Translations under genes and position numbers: made by a program
Shown here: piece after piece, positions 27,995 through 37,771 of the stretch
Numbering within the stretch: the stretch's first letter is position 1
Layout: the number at the start of each line of letters is the position of its first letter
The notes under the pieces: generated by a model
Databases searched by the model: none
What the model saw: the letters and a program-made list of their open reading frames with translations, nothing else
What the model was told of the DNA's origin: nothing
DNA from: a virus
Length of the DNA: 64,000 bases
Virus record (IMG/VR): IMGVR_UViG_3300037493_005292
Location: 1-64,000 of that record
Strand: one strand, 5' to 3'

Positions 27995-29242
27995 ATGTCT
28001 GCGATTCCAGGGTCAGTCCGATTTACAGGGTTTATAGCGCCGTCAGACAGCACGGATACCTATGCGGTGCATGATGAGATCTACGGGCGTGGCGGTTGGC
28101 GCACGGTTGCTGACATAACTGAGCGTGATCTCATTACAGCAGACCGCCGGCGCGTGGGCATGGCAGTCCGGGTGCTCGATGATGGGTCAGGCTTTCAGGC
28201 GTTCTATACCCTGGTTGGGGGCATTACCAATAGCGATTGGGTAGAGGACAATTTTGGCAGTACGGGGAATTGGAAAGTAGAGACTATCGGAACAGCTACT
28301 TACGAGGTGCCCCTTACGTTTCCGAATACGGCGTACCTAAGCATCAATCCTGTGTCAGGGGAAGATGTTGTTTGGGATCTTCCGTTAGCCGCGGACACTC
28401 TCGAAGGGCAAGTATTTACAGTACTTGTGGTCGGAAATTTTACGGGAGAGCTGCATGACGGAATGTTCGCACTACGGGCTGCGGGATCGGATGTGATCAT
28501 CTGGTACGGTGGTACGCATGCGACGTTCATCATCGGTACGCAGCAATCGTATTCAAAGATCAGCATCATGTCGAATGGCGTGGACGGATGGGGAGCGTAT
28601 GACGGAGAAGGGCAGTGGGGTTCGGTAACATACGGAGATGACCTAGTTTGGACGTATATTGATACGTACAGATTCTGTGGAAATATCCCGGGTGCTACTG
28701 AAGACAACATCGTCACATTCGACGCTGACGGGAATATCAAAGACAGTGGAATAGCGATTAGCGGTGCTGGTACCACAGACCATAGCGCTCTGTCTAACCG
28801 CGACGTTACGGGTGAACACCCTGTGAACGCGGTTGGAATGCCTTTAGGTAACCTAGGTGGTGCGGGAGCTATCGCGCACCTTGGGCAATATCAGTATTAC
28901 ACACAACGGGGTATGGCGTTTGTAGGATGCCTGCTGTTCTATGACCGGGATCTAGCAACTGTTCAGATTTCTGGCGGGTTCATCATGCTGCGGCGCTCGA
29001 GCCAGCCTGTTTACGGTTCAGGGCTCGAGACATTTTTGTATCCGGGAGAGGTTTTTACTTTCAGCGAGTTCGATACGGGAACAGTCATGTACGTAGTAGC
29101 CCAGTATTCAGATATCACGTCCGATATCGAAGTAGTGGTTACGGCTACAAGACCGGGTCCCACAGATAACGCCGTACTTTTGCACACCGTTGTCGTGTCA
29201 ACCGATGACATCTTTGGTGGCGGTGGTGGAGGTGAGTTTTGA
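27995..29242 (+). CDS. putative tail fibre or receptor-binding protein
   Basis: GGWRTVAD..ERD.I...RR..GM.V.V fibre-type motif; module shared with the next gene. Confidence 0.6.
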   Translation: MSAIPGSVRFTGFIAPSDSTDTYAVHDEIYGRGGWRTVADITERDLITADRRRVGMAVRVLDDGSGFQAFYTLVGGITNSDWVEDNFGSTGNWKVETIGTATYEVPLTFPNTAYLSINPVSGEDVVWDLPLAADTLEGQVFTVLVVGNFTGELHDGMFALRAAGSDVIIWYGGTHATFIIGTQQSYSKISIMSNGVDGWGAYDGEGQWGSVTYGDDLVWTYIDTYRFCGNIPGATEDNIVTFDADGNIKDSGIAISGAGTTDHSALSNRDVTGEHPVNAVGMPLGNLGGAGAIAHLGQYQYYTQRGMAFVGCLLFYDRDLATVQISGGFIMLRRSSQPVYGSGLETFLYPGEVFTFSEFDTGTVMYVVAQYSDITSDIEVVVTATRPGPTDNAVLLHTVVVSTDDIFGGGGGGEF

Positions 29243-30738
29243 GTACCCCAATCCTGATACACACGAATCACTCACAAATGAATTCCTTTGTGGGTCCGGC
29301 GGATACGCTGTTTCAGTCAGCGGGGTATAAGTTATCTGATCGACCTGGGTTTAACCAGTTCTCAGTATCAGGCCCTGCTACGGTAAAAGTACGCAATCTC
29401 CTGATTACTTACGGCGAGAGCGTATACCAGCGGGACGGGTACCTTACGTTAGGTACATACGTGTACACCAATGAAATGAGTTTTACGTACACGCCGATGT
29501 TGGGCACTGGGACAGACTTGGACCTCGTATATTACGATGGTTACATAGGAGAAGGCATATCGGGGTTAGCGGTAGTTCCGGATGGTAATTTCTCATGTCA
29601 CTACGTATACGCCGCTGTCGACATGGTACCAGGAAGTCCATCAGGTATATACGACCGTTTATTTGTAAAGTATCCGGTTTATACGTATGCCACGCTTGAA
29701 GAAGCCCTTTGGGAACAGTCTCCGCTAGATACAGACGAGGTAGTACCTCCTGAGATGGGGGTTGATGGCCCATTTGTTTTGCTGGCTAAGTACGTGGTGC
29801 AGCAGGGTGTGGGCGTAGTACGGGTGCAGCCTTTCAAGAAGGGCTTCACAGGAGGTGGAGGTGGCGGAGGCTCGAGTCAGTGGGATATCGTATTGGCGGA
29901 GGACGCTGACTACCTGCTCCCTGACGCATGCCACGGTAAACTGTTCCTAGGATCGTACGGCCCGGGGACACAGCTTATGACGCTTCCTATCTCTGCTAAC
30001 GCTGGAGAGGGCGCTGAACTTGAAGTGATGGTGTACGCCGTGCACGAATCTGGTGCCATGCTTGTGATGGCTTCCGGGGGCGACACCATCCTTTGGCTAG
30101 GTGAGGGTTCTTGTGGCGTGGTTGGGTCTTTCCAACGGTATGCCAAAATTCGTTTTGTGTCGAACGGCGTTAATGGTTGGTCCGCAACCGACGGTGATGG
30201 AAAGTGGAGTTCGTTTACGTTCGACGATCCTGATTGGTTGATCAGTCAAACGTTCCAGTATAACGGCAATGTGCCAGGCGCTGCAGACGGTAATCTGGTT
30301 GCATTCGATGAGTTTGGTAATATCGTTGATAGCGGTGTTTCTCCCTCGGGACTGGTACCATCTATCTCTTGGTCCGGCACGACCGCTAACGCTACTCCGG
30401 CAGAAATCTTCATTGGTGGTGTGCTGAACGAGCGGCATGTGCTCGAGGCGAGTGCGGTAACGTCCTGGACGCTGCGGTGCGTTGCCTTCGATCTGACCGG
30501 CATGAAGGTTAAGCGTTGGCGTATCGAGTGTGACGCGGTTAGAGGAGCAGCAAATAACAGCTCGATGGTGGACGAAGTTCTGTACACTGTTATTGGGCAA
30601 ACCGACACCTCTGGTGGCGGCACGGGTACAGACCTTTGGGACGTCGCGGTTGTAGTCAACGATACTGATGAGACTTTCCGTATTACGGTCACTGGACAGG
30701 CGGCTACGTCTATTGCGTGGACAGTACGGAGTGAGTAA
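29239..30738 (+). CDS. putative tail fibre or receptor-binding protein
   Basis: TTG start after GGAGG; poly-Gly linker; paralogous module. Confidence 0.6.
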   Translation: MSTPILIHTNHSQMNSFVGPADTLFQSAGYKLSDRPGFNQFSVSGPATVKVRNLLITYGESVYQRDGYLTLGTYVYTNEMSFTYTPMLGTGTDLDLVYYDGYIGEGISGLAVVPDGNFSCHYVYAAVDMVPGSPSGIYDRLFVKYPVYTYATLEEALWEQSPLDTDEVVPPEMGVDGPFVLLAKYVVQQGVGVVRVQPFKKGFTGGGGGGGSSQWDIVLAEDADYLLPDACHGKLFLGSYGPGTQLMTLPISANAGEGAELEVMVYAVHESGAMLVMASGGDTILWLGEGSCGVVGSFQRYAKIRFVSNGVNGWSATDGDGKWSSFTFDDPDWLISQTFQYNGNVPGAADGNLVAFDEFGNIVDSGVSPSGLVPSISWSGTTANATPAEIFIGGVLNERHVLEASAVTSWTLRCVAFDLTGMKVKRWRIECDAVRGAANNSSMVDEVLYTVIGQTDTSGGGTGTDLWDVAVVVNDTDETFRITVTGQAATSIAWTVRSE

Positions 30739-31187
30739 TGAGCGGCATATCTCACGTAAGCACCGATTATAACGGAGGTTATGGGATTATCGCGTTCGGG
30801 CAATCCGAGTACGGTAATGCGCAAAGCACCATTGAACCGAGGTTCTTGGGATCCCGCCCAGCTGATAGAGCCTTCAATGTTCCAGTTACTGAGGTTGTTA
30901 TCAAGTTCACCAACTATTCCCACTCGAGTTGGGTGGACATTTCCACAGTGCTGGTTGAATTGAGTGAGGACTCGGGGTTAACGTATGCCCCGGCCTTTCA
31001 GACTGAAGCGTTTGTAGCGCCGTATAATGGAACACAGAGTAAGTGGCGACGCTCTGAGGGGCATTCGATAGCGTTCTACATCCATAAAACGGATGTGTGG
31101 CCCGTAGGCACGAAGATTCTGATTCGGTTTACTGGAACAGATGAGTTTGGCCAAACATCTACAAAGTCCGCACCGGTTATGTGGTAA
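30738..31187 (+). CDS. Ig-like virion protein
   Basis: SRPADRAFNVPVT..I.F resembles the start of Big_5-type Ig domains. Confidence 0.5.
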   Translation: MSGISHVSTDYNGGYGIIAFGQSEYGNAQSTIEPRFLGSRPADRAFNVPVTEVVIKFTNYSHSSWVDISTVLVELSEDSGLTYAPAFQTEAFVAPYNGTQSKWRRSEGHSIAFYIHKTDVWPVGTKILIRFTGTDEFGQTSTKSAPVMW

Positions 31188-31193
31188 GAACTC

Positions 31194-31694
31194 ATGACGT
31201 ATACCTGGGAATTCAATACAGCGGGACGACGGACGGTAGCCTCGCAACGTAGGTGTCACAGGGGTCCGATGATCCCACTCGAAGTGACGATGTCGCAACC
31301 GTTTACCACTTACCCGGGATACAACGTCATACGTAAACAGCTTCTGAATCATCTTACCGATAGTGCTCTTCTGCCGGTGCAGACACGGGACGCCATCCTA
31401 CGAGTGCTTCACTGCAATCTTAACGCAGCGTTCGTTGACTTGAAGAACCAACAAAATGATCTCGAAGTCACGATATGCGAGAAGAGAAACAGCATAATAG
31501 TCGACAGAGAACTACTCGTGTTCGATCCGCTGTATAAAGAGGGTCTTACGGCTCTGCGCGCGATGGGAGTAGATCCGTCGTATTTGGGCATCGTGCAATC
31601 GGCGTTGATTTCCAATAACGCTATCTACAGGGTGTCGGCGCGTTGTGCCGTTGTCATCCTAGCTGCAATCTATGAGCTTAGGAGCCACGGTTAA
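31194..31694 (+). CDS. hypothetical protein
   Basis: Operonic ORF. Confidence 0.55.
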   Translation: MTYTWEFNTAGRRTVASQRRCHRGPMIPLEVTMSQPFTTYPGYNVIRKQLLNHLTDSALLPVQTRDAILRVLHCNLNAAFVDLKNQQNDLEVTICEKRNSIIVDRELLVFDPLYKEGLTALRAMGVDPSYLGIVQSALISNNAIYRVSARCAVVILAAIYELRSHG

Positions 31695-34600
31695 TGAAAA
31701 ACGACGACGGAGGTGTCAACTTCACCGTTAACATGCCCCATCAGGGTGGGTGGGTCGTGTATATTAACGGTATCGAAGTCCCGGTAGTCGGTGTGGAAAC
31801 AGATTTTGGTGTGTGGCAGATTCCTACTGCTTCAATCAAGATGATTCCGCACATCTCATTACAGCGTATTGGTTTTGAGGACCGTTTGCAGGTAGCTGTT
31901 TTCTACTTGGATGAGTTCTTCGATCCTAACCATCCGGCGTTCTGTTTGTTGGGTGAGTACGAAACGGTTGGTTGGTCCTACCAGAACACGGCAACCGGAC
32001 GGTTTTTAAGCCTGGATTGCCGCGGGCATCTGCAGATTTTCGAGCAGCTCCGTATTTACTACATGTCGTCTTTGAACGATATGGCAGTTGCTCTTGCGCC
32101 CCAGGGCGCTACGATGGCAGACCAGATTGTCGACGTTCAAGTGATGTACCCGTTATCGTTGTTTCTCGAGGGTCTGCTGAAGGTTCCTGGAGAGAAGCTA
32201 AATAACACCAATTTCATTAAAACGCCTTTCCAGTTCGTAAACAATGTTCTGAAAGCGTTGACTTATCCGGTGTCTCCGACGGAAATTGCTGCAGCGGGAC
32301 AGATCCCACCGAATGCCGCAGCAGCGCCAGGTCGTAATTTCTTTGGTCGTTGGATGAACCTCACTGACTTTCCCCGGAGATGGTTTGGTCTACCGCTCAT
32401 AGATGACAACGAATGGAAAGAGACCGGTGGGTGCTTCCCTCTTATTAAGGCTGTCGCTGCGACTGAAATTTTAGACACGATCAAGCAGCAGATTGGCGCG
32501 AGTGTCGGGCATGCGGGAACCATCTGGGAACTGTTGCAGCGGGTACTGGGTACCATGTTCATGGAGATCAACCCGATACCGGCACCTCCCATCGCGATGC
32601 TCCAGAAAGGTACTTCGGTACCTACGAGTGCGTTTACTGCTCGAGGAACCAAAGATACGAACGTGTACGGTGCGATCCTCTCGCACATGTTGAAGCCACA
32701 GTGTATCTTCGGGATACCACCGGCGTGCAACATCATCTTCCCGTCGATGGTTAAGTCTTTTTCCTTCAGTGAAAATTTTATGCAACAGCCCACCCGTCTG
32801 TATTTGGGTGAGCAGTATATGACCAGTGTGCTGTCTGCCGGTGCGAACTCGGATATGAAGACGCTTGCTCAGGAGCTCAATGTAACTGGGTATCCAGAAA
32901 TCGTCTCCAAGAGAATGGAGATGTACATTGGTGACCCCAAGCAGAACACACGCAATTTCTTGTTGTTTCCTGAAGAAGTGTACAAGGGGCCTGTCAGTAA
33001 GCATATGAACGCGCCCCCGTGGTTGTTCGCACTTCAGAAGATCGCAGAAAAGCAAGGTAACCCGGCGGACTGGGCGACGGGAGTTGGTGCACAAACATAT
33101 TCGTACCGTCCTAAAAAGGCGGTTATTACGGATGATATTTCGAAGATATTAGGTACAGCAGATAACCGCGAAATAAACATAAAGAATCCTACACAAGGTA
33201 ATCAGGTAGCAATTAACCACGGATATAAGTGGTACGACGTTAAAGAGAAAACATTTTTAAATAACATAGCTAGAAGTGCAGATCGTATGAATGATAAGAC
33301 GCAAGCTGATGCGTCTTTGGTCGCAGCGGGTTTAACGAAGTATTACGCGATGGTCGAAAAATACTGTAAGCAATACAATGTACCTTTAGAGTATGCTGGA
33401 GCTACGATTACTGCAGAATCTGGGTGGAAGGCGAGTGCAACGTCGTCTACGGGTGCCATGGGTCTTATGCAGATTCAGCCTGGAACTTTTGCGCAATTAT
33501 ATAATGCGGCACGTCTTAGTAATCCAGCACTGCCCCCTACCGCAGATGGGTATGACCCAGAGACTAATCTTATGTGCGGCATACGGTATCTCGCGGATAA
33601 CTTAGCTGAGTTTAAGGTAACCGCAGCGCAGTGTACGATCGATCAAGTAAGCCCTACGCGCGTTGAGCCGTCAATGCTCCAGGTAGTTGTGATGGGATTT
33701 GCGTTAGGTGGCGTGGGGTCTACTAAATTATTAAGCGAGCTTTTAGCGTATAAAGCAGCAAAAGCAAATAATCAACAATCCGTTCGTAATTCGAAGGGGC
33801 AGCTTATTACGTTCCAGCGAGAGAAGTGGACAGACGAAGACGCGTGGCGTAATCCAGACGAGAGTGATTTTTTTGAGTCTAAGAGTTGGTGTATTCGTAC
33901 GAATCAAGAACCCTACGTCAACAAGACATGCCCCATACCTTATTGGAGATTTTATTCAGCACGTCTTCACTGGTGTTGGGCTGTTTTTCAAGAGGGATTT
34001 AAACAGTATAAGAATAAGGGTGTTCCCGCGCCAGCTGTATCCCCGACAGCTCCAGGAGCTGATCCGTTCTTGCCTACGTCTAAGACACAGCCTATGACGG
34101 TGCATGATACGCAAGTGGCACAAGCCACCGCCACACCAGCCGTTGGGCTTGCAGCAGTAGGCGGCACGATTGATGTTTCTAACATAAACCTGGCGCCGTC
34201 GAGTCCCGCAGTGTCGGCGTTGTTTAAGCTGTACGCCAAGTACGAATATTTTAGAGCAAGGTATGAGCCTCGTACAGCTAACGTTGCGTTGGCGTTTAAT
34301 CCGTTTATTGTTCCAGGTTTCAGCGCGATCGTCTTTGACGATATGTCTGCAGGATTCCACATTCTCGGGTATGTGACGAGTGTTAAGCATTCGTTATCAG
34401 CAGAGAGTGGCGGTTCTAACATGTCTACGTATGTAACTCTCACCTATTTACGGACGCTGCCTGAGTACATTGGTCTTATAGCAGCAGGTGATGCGGATGT
34501 CGGTATGTCAGATGGAACGAAGACTCCGAATAACGAGTGTGCGCCCTCTGAGCCGATAGCAGATGTACGCGCGTTATTCCAGGACTCGTTGGCTGCAGAG

Positions 34601-35194
34601 AACTTCTTCCAAAAGACGCTGTACCCTTCGACGAAGATGTCGCATCCGCTAGTGTTTAGGTACAAGCTGATGCTGGACTATTACAACGCAGACGGCGAAG
34701 AGCTCAACATCGACAAAATCAAGACGATGTGGAAGGTGGAAGACGGTTTAGAAGCGCGTCCCAATGCCAAGCATCGTGATTTCTTCCGTAGTTACGACGC
34801 AGCCATGTCGTATGCTGCGCGTCCGGCGACGACGCTTACGCAGTATATCGAACTGTGGCACGGTAAGCCGATGAAGGAATGTTTGCAGGATCGCTCTAGG
34901 GTTGCTGCTGCCAAGTATAACTTCGCAGCGCAGCACCGTGCAGCTAACGATAAACGGGGCAATAACGCGGTGTACTACGCGCGAATCTACTCGTTGACAC
35001 AGGGTCCCGGGGATCCCAATGGCGCGATTATCCAGGGCATCACAAACGTGGGTGCGGATGGTGGTCCGGTAGCTAGCGGGTACTGGAGCATCATAAACCG
35101 CGACTCCGGCGTAGCGCAGACGCGGCGCAATTGGGACGAGATGCTAATCCGCTATCGTACTATTGTTCGAGAGAATCAACTCATAAAGGGTTAA
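31694..35194 (+). CDS. baseplate hub-like protein with internal lytic transglycosylase (SLT) domain
   Basis: ITAESGW..SATSSTGAMGLMQIQPGT...YDPETNLMCGIRYL; flanks with VYINGIEVPV and FNPFIVPGF. Confidence 0.8.
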   Translation: MKNDDGGVNFTVNMPHQGGWVVYINGIEVPVVGVETDFGVWQIPTASIKMIPHISLQRIGFEDRLQVAVFYLDEFFDPNHPAFCLLGEYETVGWSYQNTATGRFLSLDCRGHLQIFEQLRIYYMSSLNDMAVALAPQGATMADQIVDVQVMYPLSLFLEGLLKVPGEKLNNTNFIKTPFQFVNNVLKALTYPVSPTEIAAAGQIPPNAAAAPGRNFFGRWMNLTDFPRRWFGLPLIDDNEWKETGGCFPLIKAVAATEILDTIKQQIGASVGHAGTIWELLQRVLGTMFMEINPIPAPPIAMLQKGTSVPTSAFTARGTKDTNVYGAILSHMLKPQCIFGIPPACNIIFPSMVKSFSFSENFMQQPTRLYLGEQYMTSVLSAGANSDMKTLAQELNVTGYPEIVSKRMEMYIGDPKQNTRNFLLFPEEVYKGPVSKHMNAPPWLFALQKIAEKQGNPADWATGVGAQTYSYRPKKAVITDDISKILGTADNREINIKNPTQGNQVAINHGYKWYDVKEKTFLNNIARSADRMNDKTQADASLVAAGLTKYYAMVEKYCKQYNVPLEYAGATITAESGWKASATSSTGAMGLMQIQPGTFAQLYNAARLSNPALPPTADGYDPETNLMCGIRYLADNLAEFKVTAAQCTIDQVSPTRVEPSMLQVVVMGFALGGVGSTKLLSELLAYKAAKANNQQSVRNSKGQLITFQREKWTDEDAWRNPDESDFFESKSWCIRTNQEPYVNKTCPIPYWRFYSARLHWCWAVFQEGFKQYKNKGVPAPAVSPTAPGADPFLPTSKTQPMTVHDTQVAQATATPAVGLAAVGGTIDVSNINLAPSSPAVSALFKLYAKYEYFRARYEPRTANVALAFNPFIVPGFSAIVFDDMSAGFHILGYVTSVKHSLSAESGGSNMSTYVTLTYLRTLPEYIGLIAAGDADVGMSDGTKTPNNECAPSEPIADVRALFQDSLAAENFFQKTLYPSTKMSHPLVFRYKLMLDYYNADGEELNIDKIKTMWKVEDGLEARPNAKHRDFFRSYDAAMSYAARPATTLTQYIELWHGKPMKECLQDRSRVAAAKYNFAAQHRAANDKRGNNAVYYARIYSLTQGPGDPNGAIIQGITNVGADGGPVASGYWSIINRDSGVAQTRRNWDEMLIRYRTIVRENQLIKG

Positions 35195-35197
35195 AAA

Positions 35198-35896
35198 ATG
35201 CCGTCTGATCGCCAGCAGCAAGACCTTGATATTTGGCGGGAGTGGCATAACACGCATGACCCGCAGAAGTTGAATCAGCTCCTGCTCAGGCTTGATCCGC
35301 TCATCCAGAGTGAGGTCAATAAGTGGGGTTCTGCTGTTCCGCGCCCCGCGCTCGAAGCTAAGGCACGCCTTTTGGCTGTTGAGGCACTGGAACAGTACAA
35401 CCCCAACAAGGGAGCGGCAATTGGAACGCACGTAGCGAGCCGGCTACGGAAGCTCTCGCGGTCAGTGTACCCCTACCAAAACGTCGCACGCATCCCCGAG
35501 AACCAGCAGCTCTACTACAACACCTTTCAGGTGGCGCACAACAAGCTCGAAGAGAACTTGGGGCGCGCTCCGACTGTCCCAGAGCTCTCAGATGACTTGG
35601 GGTGGAGTGCGCGGCGTGTTACAACGTTTCAGAAGTCTTTTGGACGTCGTGAATTAGTGGAGTCCGAGGGTTCGTACTGGAAGACAGAGGAAGACGACGG
35701 GCTGGTGGACTTCTACTACCACGGGCTGGCGCCGCGTGACCAGAAAGTGTTTGGGGACATCGTAGGGTACAAAGGGGCGAAGCCGCTGAGTAACACGGAG
35801 TTGATGAAAAAATACAACATGACGCAGGGGCAGTTGAGCTATCAGAAACGAAAGTTCATCGACGACCTTGAGCGCGTGCAGCACGGGCATACCTGA
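35198..35896 (+). CDS. phage sigma-70-family RNA polymerase sigma factor
   Basis: Region 2 ALEQYNPNKGAAIGTH; ARIPE; region 3 LGRAPTVPELSDDLGW; C-terminal HTH-like segment. Confidence 0.8.
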   Translation: MPSDRQQQDLDIWREWHNTHDPQKLNQLLLRLDPLIQSEVNKWGSAVPRPALEAKARLLAVEALEQYNPNKGAAIGTHVASRLRKLSRSVYPYQNVARIPENQQLYYNTFQVAHNKLEENLGRAPTVPELSDDLGWSARRVTTFQKSFGRRELVESEGSYWKTEEDDGLVDFYYHGLAPRDQKVFGDIVGYKGAKPLSNTELMKKYNMTQGQLSYQKRKFIDDLERVQHGHT

Positions 35897-37320
35897 TGGC
35901 ATTACGGGAAGACCAGTTAAGTCGGTTATCCGAAGCGGGGAAGTCTAACGCGTTAAAGGGCCGGTATGTTGCTGACCACATGATGGTTGGAAGCAGCGAG
36001 GCACCGGAGGAAGCTGCGGATAAGACTTGGCTTGCGTATCTGTCTGATATGTCAACGGACATGGCGGACAATGCCAGGGTGATGCTCAACGCTGGTACGC
36101 GTTCTGCGGTTGCGTTTTCGCGTTCGATGTTGGTTTTGAGCTCAGAAGGTTTTGCGTCAGACATCAAAGTAAACTACATGTTTCTGAATCCCGGGTCGTA
36201 TATGCCGTGGATCAGCGATGTAGCGCGCGATGTGAAACAGGTAGTTCTGCATTCTTTTGGTCAACAGTGGCACGCCTTTGAAGCGAGTGGCACGTGGCAG
36301 GGGTACATGAACCCCACATCGGAGAGGGTGGGGGGAGCTTCAGCGCTAGAGTACTACGCGACTTCAGAGCAGATTAAGCCCACGATTGTGTGGGTTCCAA
36401 AGGGCACAGCTCCTTATCGTGGTATGGCGCACCCCGTTCGGATTGCTACGGCGTTGCGTTCGCTGGTTACGTCAGCGGAAGGAACCGTTGGGGTTCATTT
36501 TATTATCGACCGCGAAGGCAACCTTTACGTGATGAGTGACTGCAACAACATCTTGCGGTCATCGGGCGTTTTAAGTGACACGTGCGTGTCTATCGCGCTT
36601 GAAGAAGCTCTGTACGCAGATTCACTGAGTGCTGGCGGACACCCGATTCCTTATACGTGGTACCCTGATGAGAGTGGCAATTTAACAGCTTGGGATTTTT
36701 CTGATTTCCAATACAACACGTTAGCTGCGTTAATCGCCAAACTGAGACTGGCGTACCCTAACCTGCGAACGTCAAATTACTCAACGAGTCGTAATAGCGT
36801 AGACAGGTCGTTTGTCGGTTACACCATGCATGGGCATGTTGCGGACGCTAAAGCGGACCACATCGATGTCGCACCGCATTTTGCAACATCAGAGAAGTGG
36901 GAACAGTTTTTCGCGTTAGTTGATGGGCAGTCGCAGATGACGAAAGTCCCGGTTTGGCAGAAGATTGAAAAGGGGTACAAGGGCAGGCTTGCCTGGGTAA
37001 CTGAAATCACAAAAACCATGGGGACAGATTCTCTAGGGTTTAACAAACAAGCTACCATCAATCCGTCAATTCCTATCCTGGCAGGCGCATACCGTGCGCA
37101 ACTTGAAGCCTGCAAAACTTCAGCGTACTACGCCGAGAAAAGTGCGAGATACTCGGTGAACGAGAGTCAGCTGCAGAGCATGCGTCAGAGTGTTGGGACT
37201 GAGCTAGAATCTATAGCGAGATCACCGCTGGTGCTGCCGGCGTCAGAGCCTATTCCGGCAGACCAGTCCGTGGATGATCAGCGACATTCTGGGCAAGGCG
37301 ATGAAGGGCTTTTTGGATGA
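35896..37320 (+). CDS. N-acetylmuramoyl-L-alanine amidase (Amidase_2)-like protein
   Basis: VGVHFIIDREG.LY, VSIALE, QY.TLA.LIAKL, HGH...D..P. Confidence 0.65.
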   Translation: MALREDQLSRLSEAGKSNALKGRYVADHMMVGSSEAPEEAADKTWLAYLSDMSTDMADNARVMLNAGTRSAVAFSRSMLVLSSEGFASDIKVNYMFLNPGSYMPWISDVARDVKQVVLHSFGQQWHAFEASGTWQGYMNPTSERVGGASALEYYATSEQIKPTIVWVPKGTAPYRGMAHPVRIATALRSLVTSAEGTVGVHFIIDREGNLYVMSDCNNILRSSGVLSDTCVSIALEEALYADSLSAGGHPIPYTWYPDESGNLTAWDFSDFQYNTLAALIAKLRLAYPNLRTSNYSTSRNSVDRSFVGYTMHGHVADAKADHIDVAPHFATSEKWEQFFALVDGQSQMTKVPVWQKIEKGYKGRLAWVTEITKTMGTDSLGFNKQATINPSIPILAGAYRAQLEACKTSAYYAEKSARYSVNESQLQSMRQSVGTELESIARSPLVLPASEPIPADQSVDDQRHSGQGDEGLFG

Positions 37321-37769
37321 CAACTTACGACGTCCATTTTCAGCCAGTACAGCGTTCCAACGCTATGAGCGCTAAGGCGTTTACGTTTGGGTATGCGTCC
37401 TCTTTGAAAGTCACAGGGTTTCAAGCGCTGGTCAATCGTTGGGTTAAGACGTTTCTGACGCCCCGCGGAAGTGACCTGCTTCATCCAAATGAGGGGACGG
37501 ACTTTTCTAATGTCATACGGTCTAACGCTCCTGCAGGGAGCACGTCAGATGTGCATGACATCGTGGTTATAGCGATAGAAGACGCGAATGACCAAGTAAG
37601 AGCCCAGGATATGCAGGGCATGTACTCAGACGAAGAGTCCTTACAAGAAGCTAAGATCGTCGGATTTCAAGCAAGTACGGTAGGGGACGGAGTGGACATC
37701 TGGGTGGACATCCGAAACCTGGCTGGAACTGATTTGATAATTCGCCTAGCCGAGTTAGGTACGAGGTAG
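37317..37769 (+). CDS. baseplate wedge protein (gp25/W-like)
   Basis: G.QALV.R..K..LT.RGSD..HP.EGTD; directly upstream of the J-like gene. Confidence 0.7.
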   Translation: MTTYDVHFQPVQRSNAMSAKAFTFGYASSLKVTGFQALVNRWVKTFLTPRGSDLLHPNEGTDFSNVIRSNAPAGSTSDVHDIVVIAIEDANDQVRAQDMQGMYSDEESLQEAKIVGFQASTVGDGVDIWVDIRNLAGTDLIIRLAELGTR

Positions 37770-37771
37770 CT

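Noticed and set aside
29228-29242. Frameshift fusion of the two fibre genes at GAG TTT TGA
   Set aside because: No canonical slippery heptamer; a TTG start with GGAGG at normal spacing explains the overlap.
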